This document shows, piece by piece, positions 12,674-32,620 of a stretch of DNA of 64,000 nt. Numbering within the stretch: the first letter of the stretch is position 1; each line of letters starts with the position of its first letter. The DNA is from Eledone cirrhosa (taxonomy: Eukaryota): the NCBI GenBank assembly GCA_964016885.1, contig OZ024745.1, forward strand, positions 121,892,001 to 121,956,000, given 5' to 3'. The position numbers and the translations under genes were made by a program. Below the pieces are notes generated by a model. It was not told the origin of the DNA, searched no databases, and saw nothing but the letters and a program-made list of their open reading frames with translations.

Positions 12674-13893
12674 CAGTGGCGGCTCGTGTATAGGCACTGT
12701 GGAACTGCAGCACCCCCTATTTTCTCTTGATATTAACAATAACATTCAATATAATGAGTCTTTTCTTCTTCAATTCTTTCCTTATACTTGTACATTATAT
12801 AATCCTTAAGCTTAATGTTTGTAGCCAACCCGTCGTTCATGAAAATTTACAAAAATCCTTGTATGGAACTATGTGCTTCACAGTTCCTGCAATGCAATGT
12901 TTGGGTGTTATGCACATGCACACATGTCCAAGGAAAGAAGCTGCATGCTGGTTAGAGAGAGCACTGTCCCTCCCTCATGCAGTCTCAACCCTGTTGTCTG
13001 AGTGTAAGGTAGTGTGTTTATTTTTGAGTCAGCGTGTATTGTGATTACAAACCGTGTACCATATTCTTGAATGTGATAAACAGTAGATGATTATCATGCT
13101 TCCAGTTATTTTATTTAATTCATAGTTTTTTTTCTGGTTGTTTTATTGTATAGAAGATATAAATTAACTATGATCTCCTTGCATCCCCAAGAAATAATTT
13201 CTGTGACAGTAAGTGAACTTCAACAACTTAAGTTTTCACAGTTGTCTCTCCATGAGAAAGTTATAGTTAAGAAAAGAGGCTGTTCAACACCTGATATTCA
13301 ACATCTCAGCCAGAATAAGCAACAACAAAATCATGGGTGGAGGTGGTGAGAACTGACCTTAGATCGCTGAAGCTCACAGAGGAGTTGACGAAGGACTGTG
13401 ATGAATGGAGAGATGCTGTGCTGAAAAGGACCCGTCCCACCCTTGCAACCAAGGAAAAGTGGACGTAAAATGATGATGACGATGATATTCTGAATGGTGC
13501 TAACAGAAAAGTTGGCTCTGCCAACAAATGTATTGTTTTACTTCCTGTGTTTGCTGTTTGGGGGCGATTTAACGTGGACAAAAGACAATTTTAAAAATAT
13601 AAACAAAATAAAATAAAAAAACTGAAAAACATGTTGAAAGTGTGGTTTCAGTGTCACTTTTAGGAAACGTAAATATTTCAATCAATGAGCATAACATGAA
13701 GGTTAAAAAGAACCGTGAAATTTTATCCAAAATAATAGACTGTATTTTATTTTGTGGAAACTTTAAAACTCCCTTACTTGGACATGATGAAAAGGATGAC
13801 TCAGTAAATCCAGAAGTATTTAGGGGATTAATAAGTTTTGAATCTAAATTAGTTCCAGATTTGAAGAATCACTTAGAAACTAATAAGGTGTTC
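12674..13893 (+). mobile_element. hAT DNA transposon left end and degenerate transposase (ZMYM1/DUF4371-like)
   Basis: TIR-like start CAGTGGCGGCTC; peptides FSQLSLHEKVIVKKRG.STPD and EHNMKVKKNREILSKIIDCILFCG....LLGHDE..DSVNPEVFRGLI. Confidence 0.75.
13332..13486 (+). mobile_element. RTE 3' tail (second subfamily) inside the hAT ORF
   Basis: WVEVVRTDLRSLKLTEELTKD..EWRDAVL; CCCTTGCAA.CAAGGAAAAGTGGACGTAAAA(TGA)n; matches the reverse of 56484-56850. Confidence 0.8.
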
Positions 13894-15885
13894 AGGACCA
13901 CAAGACAGTGTGTCAGGGAAAATTGTGTTTGTCGCTGGGAAGAAGTGTGTCTGAAATGATTATGGCAATCTTGTCTTCAAGACGTTGAAAAGAAGGTAGC
14001 ATGGAAGTGCTACTTTGAAAGATTACTGAATGAGGAGAATACATGGGAAGAAGAAAGTTTGTCACAGAGGGACCGGCTGTACAAGTCAGCAGTAGTATAG
14101 TAAGTAAAGCAATCAAGGATATGAAGTCAGGCAAGGTAGCTGGACCCTCAGGGATAGTTGCTGAGATGGTTTTAGTCACACGATAGTCTCCCGCATTGCA
14201 AAACCAAGTAATACAAAATGGTGTCATACCCAGTGACTGGTGTAGAAGCATCATTGTAAACTGCTACAAGGGCAAAGGCGATGCTCTAGATAGAGAAAAC
14301 TATAGAGGCATTAAGTTCGTTGACCAGGTTATGAAGGTCACGGAAAGAGTCATAGCACAGATGATTAGGGAATGAGTTAACCTAGATGAGATGCAGTTTG
14401 GATATGTACCAGGTAAAAAAAAACCACAGATGCCCTCTTCCTTGTAAGACAACTGCAGAAGTACCTAGCTAAGAGTAAACCCCTCTACTTCGCTTTTGTA
14501 GACCTGGAGAAAGCTTTTGACTGAGTCCCCCGTTCCCTTATCTGGTGAGTGCTTAGAAAACTAGGAGTAGATGAGTGGCTTGTGAGGGCAGTACAAGCCA
14601 TGTATAGAGGAACAGTCAGCTAGGTCAGAATTAACAATGACTTTAGCAAAGAATTTAGTGTGCAGGTTGGTGTCCATCAGGGCTCAGTTCCTAGCCCTCT
14701 CCCGTTTATGACTGGCTACCATGGGAACTCCTGTATGCAGATGATCTAACCCTTATAGCTGAATTAGAGATGAAATTCCAAACCTGGAAGCACAGCCTAG
14801 AATCAAAAGGTCTTAAAGTCAACTTGGTAAAGACTATAGTTCTTTTAAATAGAAAGGAAAAAAGGGCCCATATCTCCTTAGGGAAATGGTCCTGCTCAGT
14901 GTGCAGAAATGGAGTAGGTAGAAATTCCATCCTATGTCCCAAATGCAAACTATGGGTACACAAGAGATGTAGTTGGATCTCCAGCAGGCTAACAAAGATC
15001 ATAGGTTTTACATGTGGCTGGTGCTCAGGGGCAGTAAGTAGCAAGAGCTCTCAGGATACAATCACCTTCAAATGCTCAGAGGGCTCTGTAGAAGTGGTAG
15101 ATAGTTTCTGTTATCTGGGTGACAAAATCAGCAGTGGAGGAGGGTGTTCCAAAAGTACAGTAATAAGAGTGAGATCGGGTTGAAGAAAGTTCAGGGAGCT
15201 ACTACTGCCGTTAACTACAAAAGGCTTGTTCCTCAAAATGAAAGGCAGACTGTATTACGTACGTATAAGAACAATTAGGTTGCACAGCATCGAGACCTGG
15301 GCACTGTGTGCAGAGGACCTGCAAAGATTGGAAAGATATGAAGCCTCCATGCTTTGCTGGATGTGCAATAGCAATACATATGAACGGCAAAGCATAAACA
15401 AACTGGGAGAGAAATTAGGCATAAGAGGGATCAGATGCAGTGTGCAGGAGAAGAGATTGCGTTGATATGGACATGTGATGTGTATGAAGCATGATAGCTG
15501 TATAAAAGGTGTACAGCGCTCAAAGCTGACAGAAGCCATGGAGTGGGCAGGCCTGGAAAGACAACTACACCTCTCTAAGGTGATGGCACAGGACTGTGAT
15601 CTCTGGTGTTATACAGTATTACAGAAGACCCACCCTTCCATATGCACAAGCCGAGGCATATATCTAGTATGCAACACTTTCCCTACCACCGCCCCTCCCT
15701 TGCTGTAATCATCCCACCCCACACCATAAAGTGGTCTCCACGGAGTCACGACAAATGTGGTGTTAGGAAGGGTAGCCAGCCGTAGAAACCAAGCCAAAAT
15801 CAGTTCTGCGTGAGCGAAACATGGTCCTACGACCTGAATCTCTTACAACGGGACAGCCCATCCTAGCACGAAAATAGACGTTCTC
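13894..15885 (+). mobile_element. RTE-clade LINE, 5'-truncated, degenerate RT + PHD-like finger + 3' UTR
   Basis: NYRGIK, QFGYVPG, AFVDLEKAFD, GVHQGSV, YADD at 14734-14745, WSCSVC..GVGRNSILC.KCKLWVHKRC, FCYLGD, GHVM. Confidence 0.93.
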
Positions 15886-15943
15886 GCCATGCATTGAGTA
15901 CTCTCACGATTAGTGTTCTCCCCGGTTTCAGAAACGCAGACTC

Positions 15944-16094
<151 letters not shown>

Positions 16095-16096
<2 letters not shown>

Positions 16097-16225
16097 TAAT
16101 AAAAGATCAGAGGCCTTATTCAGTTGATTCAGGTTTATTTAAAACTCCGTTATACATATTTCACTGAGGACTATCGGTTATGCTAGCCTGAGCTCTTCAG
16201 ACGGCGAAACCTAAAATAAACATTG
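16095..16225 (+). mobile_element. Penelope-like element 3' remnant with degenerate hammerhead core
   Basis: INKRSE peptide (typical of PLE C-termini), then CTGAGGA (16164-16170) ... GACGGC-GAAA-CC and AATAAA. Confidence 0.5.
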
Positions 16226-16519
16226 AAAGTTCCTAATAAACCTTTAAATTTTGGAAAAATCCAATAATTTCCCCGAAAAAAAAATTATTTTTATGATACA
16301 GGGGGCCAGCTGAACGCGTGGTATTGTTTCTTCAACGGCCGGCCCTTATATATCTATCTCTCTCTCTATATATATATGTCTGTGTACGCGTGTGTAAACA
16401 TTCTGTTTGTATGCATCGATATATATGTAAATACTGTTATATACAGCACAGCGTAACCGTTTCCTAGGTACTCGTCCGTATGACCACCTCCAGTCTTCCT
16501 CCCACCTCGTCTTAACCGT

Positions 16520-16613
16520 GCTTTATGATGTCACCATCACTGCAGCCCCCTATATTAGTGAAGTACCGAGTAGGCTTTATGACGTCACCAACATTGCAAC
16601 TCCTATATTAGTG
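16520..16613. promoter_or_regulatory. Tandem 54-bp-period module containing CRE and CArG-like motifs
   Basis: TGATGTCA (16526) and perfect TGACGTCA (16580), each followed by CCTATATTAG (16549, 16602). Confidence 0.45.
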
Positions 16614-17992
16614 CCGGGCAGGGGAGAGACTTTCGCTGTGAAACTTCACATTATAATCCGTACACTACTACACCTCCTACTTCTTGTCCATTATTGGAGC
16701 TTTCACTTGCAGCAGTTGTTATTATTTTGGGAAACCATGCCGTTTGTCGAAATCATGGATCAAATCTTACCTTTTCTCTTATATTTCAGCAAACTTAAAT
16801 AATTTCGCAACTTCTTAATTAGGCAGAAAGCTAGTAAGAAGAAAAAATATATTAAAGTCTTGGATACTTGGATGTAATTTACGTGTATAGTTAATAAAAT
16901 ATTATTTCGTATAATATTCGCTAAAAACTTTTCGATACATATATATATATATATGTGTATATATAAAAAAAACAATATATTATAAAGAAAAAAATCGAAT
17001 ATTCAACATATTCTACAGAATAATAAAAGAGGATGACTAATTTCGTGGATTTTTCGAGGATACAAAAGAAGCAGCAATAGGAGATATACACATAATCGAG
17101 TAAGCAACATATTTTAATATTACTTTTTCGAGGTTCATGTATTTTTTTAGTTTTATGAATATTGGTTTTGGACTGAGATAGAAGACAAAAGTAGAAATAT
17201 AAAGTGTGTGAGTGTGTTTCAATTTAGCTTTGTTGTTGTATATAAAACGTAATGGGGGATCATTTTATTTATAGTGTTAAACTATAAATTGGACCCCCAT
17301 TTTCTGCTCTGTCATCGGCGCCCTTCTTTTTATCTATATTTCTTACATATACATCATTATTGCGTTAATATTCTTGTGAACTCTTGTAAATAAACTACAT
17401 GATAATTATTGTAAAGTAATTATATTCAGATTACCATATTTTATCATTTAAGGATTATTATTTTCCACCTATTGTTTCTCTTCAGCCGCTTATCTCACCG
17501 TAAAATTTGTAAATCAATTAATTTTAAAGTGCACAGTTATGGGTATTTAAAAGAACAATGTTTTTTTAAATTTTTTATTGTACTTGGAGAATATCTTTTG
17601 GAGTTTAAATGGGATCGTTTTCTTTTCATTTATAACAAACACTGGACTATAATGTCCCACCATATATTTAAGCATATATTTTGTGGTGTCTGTTGTATTG
17701 TGGACATTACCTAAACTTTAATATATATTCATGCGTGTGTCTAAGACTACAGTCAGGTGTTCTAATTATTTTTGAGGGAATTAAACCTTGTAAAAATTAA
17801 TTTTCTTCTCAGGAGATTAATTAGTCATCAAATATCGACTCAAAGGTTCCGTTTTGAATACTTATTGCCCCAAAGACAAGGGCGTGTCAACGCTCCAACG
17901 GGGTACAGTAAAGCGTTTATTTTAAAATAAAATGATAAACACACGAAACTCGACCGTTCAGTCAAAAAATTAGTTTTAAAACAATTTTAATA

Positions 17993-24733
<6,741 letters not shown>

Positions 24734-25069
24734 AATATGATAATAATGGAGCTGCGGCGCTGCAAATGGGTTACATATGAAAAAGTCTGCCCTCATCAGT
24801 GGCCTTCCAACCGTCGTAGGCATTTCGTCGCATTAAAGGCCATATACCCCAGGTTGGTGCGAGCAACGGCTAAAAAAAGTCGTTGGGACACGTAAATAAG
24901 GGGGACGCTAGGGTAAACAAACAAAATGGTTTAAGCAACAGAAAGTGATGAAGAAGAAACAGAAGTCCGACGAGCTTTTGGCGGGCCAGATCGAACCTTG
25001 TGCTGATCAATCGCGAAACGCACGCCACTACTCAATAAGTGTAACGAAGACCTAACAAATCGTCCTTTT

Positions 25070-25071
<2 letters not shown>

Positions 25072-25119
<48 letters not shown>
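25072..25119. repeat. (TA)n microsatellite
   Basis: Visible. Confidence 0.95.
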
Positions 25120-25125
<6 letters not shown>

Positions 25126-25181
25126 GTGAGGTTTTTTTTTACAAAATGAAAAATAACCGAGGTGTCCTACACGAGTGGAAG

Positions 25182-25657
<476 letters not shown>

Positions 25658-25767
25658 TTCTGCACTGGCTTGTTATTTTCATTGTTGGAGATGTTGGGAT
25701 ATATTTTATAGAACTATTTGGTATTTAGTATCCCAAAAAGTGTTTATTACTGCTATTATTATAGGAT

Positions 25768-26020
25768 TATCCTTACGGGGTCGATAAAATAAAGTACCAG
25801 TCACGCACTGGGTCGATTTCATCGACTTTTCCCTCCCCCCACAATTGCTGGCCTTGTGCCTACATAAGAAACCATCATTATAGGATTGGCAGTATCGGTA
25901 GAGCGTCAGACACCATGCTTTACGTTCTGAGTTCAAATCCCGTCTTTCATCCTTACGGGGTCGATAAAATAAAGCACCAGTAATTGCTGGCCTTGTGCCA
26001 AATGTAGAAACAATTATTAT
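25768..26020 (+). mobile_element. Two tandem SINE family A copies (3' half + internally deleted copy)
   Basis: Core ATCCTTACGGGGTCGATAAAATAAAG occurs twice; head GGATTGGCAGTATCGGTAGAGCGTC at ~25883. Confidence 0.85.
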
Positions 26021-26884
26021 CAATGATAGCAAATAGTTACGATCAAGTGTTTACTGGTATGGGGCTATTGAGACGTCATTTGGTTTGTTTTTCTTTCATT
26101 ATCCCCGTAAAGTTACTCTTCTCGTTTTGTAAATATATCCAACAAAGGCATATAATAGCAGTCAGGAGAAAAAAATAAGAGTACACCTAAAGCAAAAAAT
26201 GATCAAACGGATCAACAAAAAAAAAGCCGCATCAGAATCTAAATAGTGTCTTCAAACCATGTGCAGCCGTTGGGAAAATATATGAGGAAAGCTATATTAA
26301 CTGGACTGTCAAACTACTTAAATGTTATAATAACACTCCCATTTAAAAGCAACCAACCAACAAGAGTAATACGTCGCCACTAACGACACTCCAGACTTGA
26401 TAACATAGCTCGGTTTTCTTTTCCTTTAAACGTTTACGTCTCACTTTCGACGACCGCTAGCTACTAGAACCTGTTGTTTTCAATTCTAGGAGTACATTCG
26501 CCCTGTTTTAATGATACACAATATACATATCAAATAGCTTTAAAAAAACCAATATACGATCGGATGTAAACAAACAACAAATCGACGGATATGTGATTAC
26601 TTTAATCAGATCTTACAATATTTTCTGAAAAGGTGAGTTGACGGGATCTTCTTTATCATGCTTGCTGTTTTCTAGTTTAGTTTGAAAGGGTTCAGTTCTT
26701 TTTAGCTACAATGTCTTGGGGGACGGGGTCATTGCGTGTAAGTCTTTATTTAATATCCTTCCAAATCTGTGTTAATTAAAAAACAAATACGTATATCCTA
26801 TTGATAAGCAGTTTACATTATGCTTAACTTTAAGTAAAGATGCGACTACTACTGTATGTATGTATGTATGTATGTACGTATGCA

Positions 26885-27338
26885 TGGTCGGGTCGTCGGC
26901 GACTAAACCGGGTGATTTTGGACACCCTGCAGGACAAAAAATAAAACCTGACAAAGGGCGGAAGAACTCATAAGAGTCAATGGCCATTCGAAAGTGTGTA
27001 AATATGTATTTACACATGTACCGCGCGGTTAAGCCGCTGGGAGTAAAGAACCCCTAGCCTTTGTCAGGGCATTCTTATAGAAGAAGGCATCTCAGGAAAC
27101 TGGGATAACTCCGACATAAAACCTGCGGCTCAGTAGTTACCGATGATGTTGATCTTTTCTTCCTTTCGGGTTATAGCTACTGTCACTCAGAGAGTGGGAC
27201 TGGCTCAGTGCACAGTCTTTCCTCACTTTAAAAAATATCTTCATGCACAGGCATTGCACGATAGAATTAATTAATAATTATTAATAATGGTACATCGTGC
27301 AATGGCCATACTCGATAACGAGGGGACAGCTATCATCA
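26885..27338 (+). mobile_element. Bipartite non-autonomous RTE (BovB-like) element
   Basis: Shares AACTC.GA.ATAA.ACCTGC, AGAGAGTGGG.CTGGCT, GTGCA....CTTT.CTCACT.TAAAA and 3' GGCC.TACTCGA.AACGAG..G.CAGC with the reversed copy at 28289-28667. Confidence 0.6.
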
Positions 27339-27527
27339 TGTGTGTATGTATATATATATTTACGGATTAATGGTGAAATATATTTCTTTAATGAAATATA
27401 TACAAGGAAGATTAATCATTTTTTAAAAGGTGATATTTGAAGCTCTGGTTAAACTTTAATTAGTTACCTACCTAGCTATGTGTGCTTACACACTTTACAA
27501 ATTATCCCCTGTGATTGTTTTATGTGT

Positions 27528-27826
27528 TTATATATATACTATATATATATACTATATATATATATATACACTATATATACTATATATATATATATATATA
27601 TACTATATATATATATATATATACTATATATATATATATATACTATATATATATATATATACTATATATATATATATATACTATATATATATATATATAC
27701 TATATATACTATATATATACTATATATACTATATATATACTATATATACTATATATATATATATATACTATATATATATATATATACTATATATATATAT
27801 ACTATATATATATATATATATATATA

Positions 27827-27857
<31 letters not shown>

Positions 27858-27870
27858 CTATATATATATA
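27528..27870. repeat. (TA)nC punctuated microsatellite
   Basis: Visible. Confidence 0.95.
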
Positions 27871-27916
27871 CACAATGATATTAAATAAATGGAAACTATA
27901 TTTATAAAACCATATT

Positions 27917-27980
27917 TATTTTATTATATATATTTCTAGGGTACCAAGACAACATTGGTACGCTTTCATCAGATAAAATA
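27917..27980 (-). ncRNA. Minimal type-I hammerhead ribozyme motif (Penelope-type)
   Basis: Minus strand: TATTTTAT (stem I) CTGATGA a-AGCGTACCAA-tgttgtc-TTGGTACCCT-a (stem II) GAAA tatata (palindromic stem III) TA ATAAAATA (stem I'). Confidence 0.65.
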
Positions 27981-28049
27981 CAAAGTTTGTTTTATAAATA
28001 GACATACCCATGAAAATCATACCTTATCGGTTGGAAATTCACTAGATAG

Positions 28050-28099
<50 letters not shown>

Positions 28100-28256
28100 G
28101 TGTGTATAATAAAATATATTTGATCACATGAATGTCTATATTTATTAATATTTTGAAGTAATATTAATAACTCCAGAAAACTTCTTTGTTGAGTGCTTCT
28201 AATCTATTGTAAAACTTTATCCATTGATTAATCAATGAACCTTGTTAAACTTTTGG

Positions 28257-28288
<32 letters not shown>

Positions 28289-28292
<4 letters not shown>

Positions 28293-28667
28293 TGGCTGCC
28301 AACTCGTTTTCGAGTACGGCCAATACTTTATATCCATGTAGGAGAACCCCTACCGATGCGCTGAACGAGTGTGACCTTAGTCCAGCCAGCGACTTGAAAA
28401 CTCTGGTACAAACACTACACTTGTGACAATTATTGACACATAGTGCTGGGCCCATGGCACAATGTGACGACAAGTGCAGAGAGATCTCCAGATATAAAGC
28501 AATGCCTGTGCCGTGAAGCTTTTATAGTGAGCAAAGGCACTGCACAAAGCCAGCCCCACTCTCTTGACCAAGATGATATTTACCAAAAAGAACAAGTCAA
28601 CATCATTGGATACCATCAGGGTTGCAGGTGTTATATCAGAGTTTTCCTTCTCCTAGAATTCTGCCTA
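28289..28667 (-). mobile_element. Bipartite non-autonomous RTE (BovB-like) element retaining a C-terminal C2H2 finger
   Basis: CHKCSVCTRVFKSLAGLRSH peptide; homologous to 26885-27338. Confidence 0.65.
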
Positions 28668-29012
28668 TATACATACACATACATATGTATTTATCGTTGT
28701 CATGGTATATATATGGTCACTGCTTTCGTTTTCTTTGTGTCACTCTTTATTAACTGTTGTGTTTACTCTGGATGGTAATGTACTAACATAACCACTCTAT
28801 CAAGTAATTGCCTCAAACAACTTGAATAGTACCTGCTATATGGCAGCTAAAACTTCGATTCCTACCTAATAATATTATATATATTTCCACATTATACATA
28901 TTGTTAGCACCCAAACACTTAAATTGGGTTTATATTTTAATATAACCTAATGTTTGTTGAGTGAGATGGTTACCAGTCAGAGTTTAGCTTTAAACTATCT
29001 CTGTTATTGTAT

Positions 29013-29045
<33 letters not shown>

Positions 29046-29247
29046 CGGCGATGAATATGTTTGTGTCTATATTGTATCTGTATTATTTTTGACCGCCGGT
29101 CAGTCAATGGCAACATCGAGGACCGAGTAAGTTAGATCGCAGATATATATATATAAAAGACAGCGAGAAGCGAAAACCAACCAAACAGTGAGTGTGTTCT
29201 GTTATTAATTCTGGCAATATTACGCAAATATGACCCTCCCCAAATAT

Positions 29248-29290
<43 letters not shown>

Positions 29291-29439
29291 ATATATTAAC
29301 AAATGGAAACTATATTTATAAAACCATATTTATTTCATTATACATATCAACTAAACTGACCAAATTTGCTCCCCTCCCCCCTTTCAAAAATGCTTCCACC
29401 GCCCCTGTATTTATATATTTATATATATATATATATATA

Positions 29440-29650
29440 CAGGGGCGGTGGAAGCATTTTTGAAAGGGGGGAGGGCAGCAAATTTGGCCAATTTAGTTGT
29501 TATTATCAAATATCAATCAAGATATAAAAAACTTCGATATGTGATAAACATAACATGTACAAGAAATATGTGTTTTGGTAGATTGGAGAGTAAAATATAG
29601 TTATATTGGCGGGCTCCATGCTTCCCCACCCCCCAGTACCACTGCTCCTG
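29440..29650 (+). mobile_element. hAT-like MITE with an adjacent inverted duplicate of its left end (29348-29407)
   Basis: CAGGGGCGGTGG ... CCACTGCTCCTG termini; 29348-29407 is the reverse complement of 29440-29499 with a few mismatches. Confidence 0.65.
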
Positions 29651-29652
29651 AT

Positions 29653-30726
<1,074 letters not shown>

Positions 30727-31984
30727 ATGTATGTGTAGCTAATTCGCAATTTTCGACTAATGATGGATAATTAAATAATGAACTATAAATATTTATAATC
30801 TTGAATTTTGTGTCTGTAAAAAAAAAAAAAAAAGCATTAGCTTTATAACTGATCTGTTTGTATATATATATGTATGCATGCGTCTTGATAGTAAAGTTAT
30901 AAAGTACAGCCACTATATATAGGTTGGCTACTGTTTTAGTTACTATTAAACGATATTGAGTCAAGGACGAAGTCAAATAAACTACTAATATTTCGCATGA
31001 AATATTTTCCTTTCTTAAACTTAAATATATGTGTGATGTTCGTATGTGCTGTAGCTGAGAAAGTGTTAGTTGATGTTATCGACAGGAACAGAGTTAATGG
31101 AACTGTTTGATCGAAGCTGATTCCTCATCTCCGCTTCCACTTATTATGTCAGCAAAGAAAGTAGTATAGCTTTAGCGAGTGCTTTACCGTTTTTTTTCTT
31201 TATTATTAATTTTTGTATTATGAATTCGGAATCGATTTCATCATGTACCTCAATTGAAGAATAAATGGAATTTAGAATAGCAAATCTCTTTACAACATGT
31301 TTTGCGTTCTTCTTCTAATATATAAAGAACACTCTCATCCCCAGGCAACGCCGGGTGCCTCTGTTAGAGGACCTGCGGTTGGCCCTTTATTTGTCTGTAT
31401 TTATCTGTCGTACACGACACAGAGGTTTGTTGTGGTAACCTGTTTTGCTAGATATGACAGCGAAATAAAACCTTAGCTTCTACAACACACACACACAGAT
31501 TGAGTTAAATCTATCTATGTATTACTCTTTTCTGTCTAAATTTACTGAAAGGTGGGTGAATGTAGCAAAAATGGCCCGAGTGATTGGGCCTTCTCTGTAT
31601 ATAAACCTGTAGGTTGAAGATGCGAGCAAAAGGAGGAAAGGAGCACTTGCACAACACGCTCCTGGAGTTGAGGGTTCTATCTATGGGGTATTAAACAATC
31701 CATTTGTAACGCCTAACGCCTATTGGGGATTTCGATTGTTGAATTTGTTTGTTTAACATTTTTTTTACACGATTGTATGTAAAATCCCCGGCATATGTCC
31801 TTGTATTGTCCCCTTTTCTTGTGTGCCCTTGTGGCAAATAAAGAAATATATCTATCAATGTTGTGGTAACTGGTTTTGGTAGAAATAACAGTGAAATAAA
31901 ACACTTGCTTCTACTGCACACACACACACACACACACATTGATTTGTACCTATCTATGTACCTATCTTTCATATATTAGATATA

Positions 31985-32620
31985 TTATAAATTACATTAC
32001 AAATATGTTTTAAATATATACATAAATAACATTACAAATGCATAAATAACATTATAAATTGCTCGCAATTCGTTCAGAAGAATATTACAAACATTGTTTT
32101 TACTTTTGGCACAAGGCCAGCAATCACCCCAGTGCATTACTGGTACTTTATTTTACCGATCCCGTAAGGATGAAAGGCAAAGTTAACCTCGGCGGGATTT
32201 GAACTCAGAACGTAAGGGGCCATAACTCTATGCTGCAAAGCATGGTCTCTGACGCTCTATCGTTCATAAACACAAATGTAAACGCTTTAAAGAGAGAAGA
32301 AAAGAAGGTGGAGGGGGTGGGGGCGAAAACAAAAACGACCATCAATTCACCACCAAGTGCAACAATCGACCGCACATCACATTACAAGGGTTAACTAAAT
32401 ACTTTTGAGGCAAGCCAATACGTTCACATTACCAGGCTAAGGCGCTTAAACAACCAAGCAACTCACGGGTATCACCTGACGCCTCAGAAAGGTGAGCCGC
32501 CAGCGATGACAAGAACTTTGTTGTCAGTGGCCCGACTGCACCAAACGTCTCGAATGCCACAGGTTGGAAAAAATAATTACTACATAAATCCAGGTATTTC
32601 TGAATTTTATTCCGTTTGAC
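31985..32620 (-). mobile_element. CRE-clade non-LTR retrotransposon 3' end (restriction-like endonuclease), interrupted by a SINE
   Basis: KIQKYLDLCSNYFFQPVAFETFGAVGP...LSEASGDTRE; 3' UTR similar to 11580-11720. Confidence 0.75.
32094..32263 (-). mobile_element. tRNA-derived SINE family A
   Basis: Family A motifs, reversed. Confidence 0.85.

Noticed and set aside
24785-24845. Minus-strand GAAA...CTGATGA as a type-II hammerhead
   Set aside because: Stem II (GGGCAG) has no complementary partner next to a GAAA
29041-29251. Solo LTR between TA runs
   Set aside because: Ends in ACA and has a TATA-like box, but lacks the 5' TG, a poly(A) signal and a testable TSD; insufficient support
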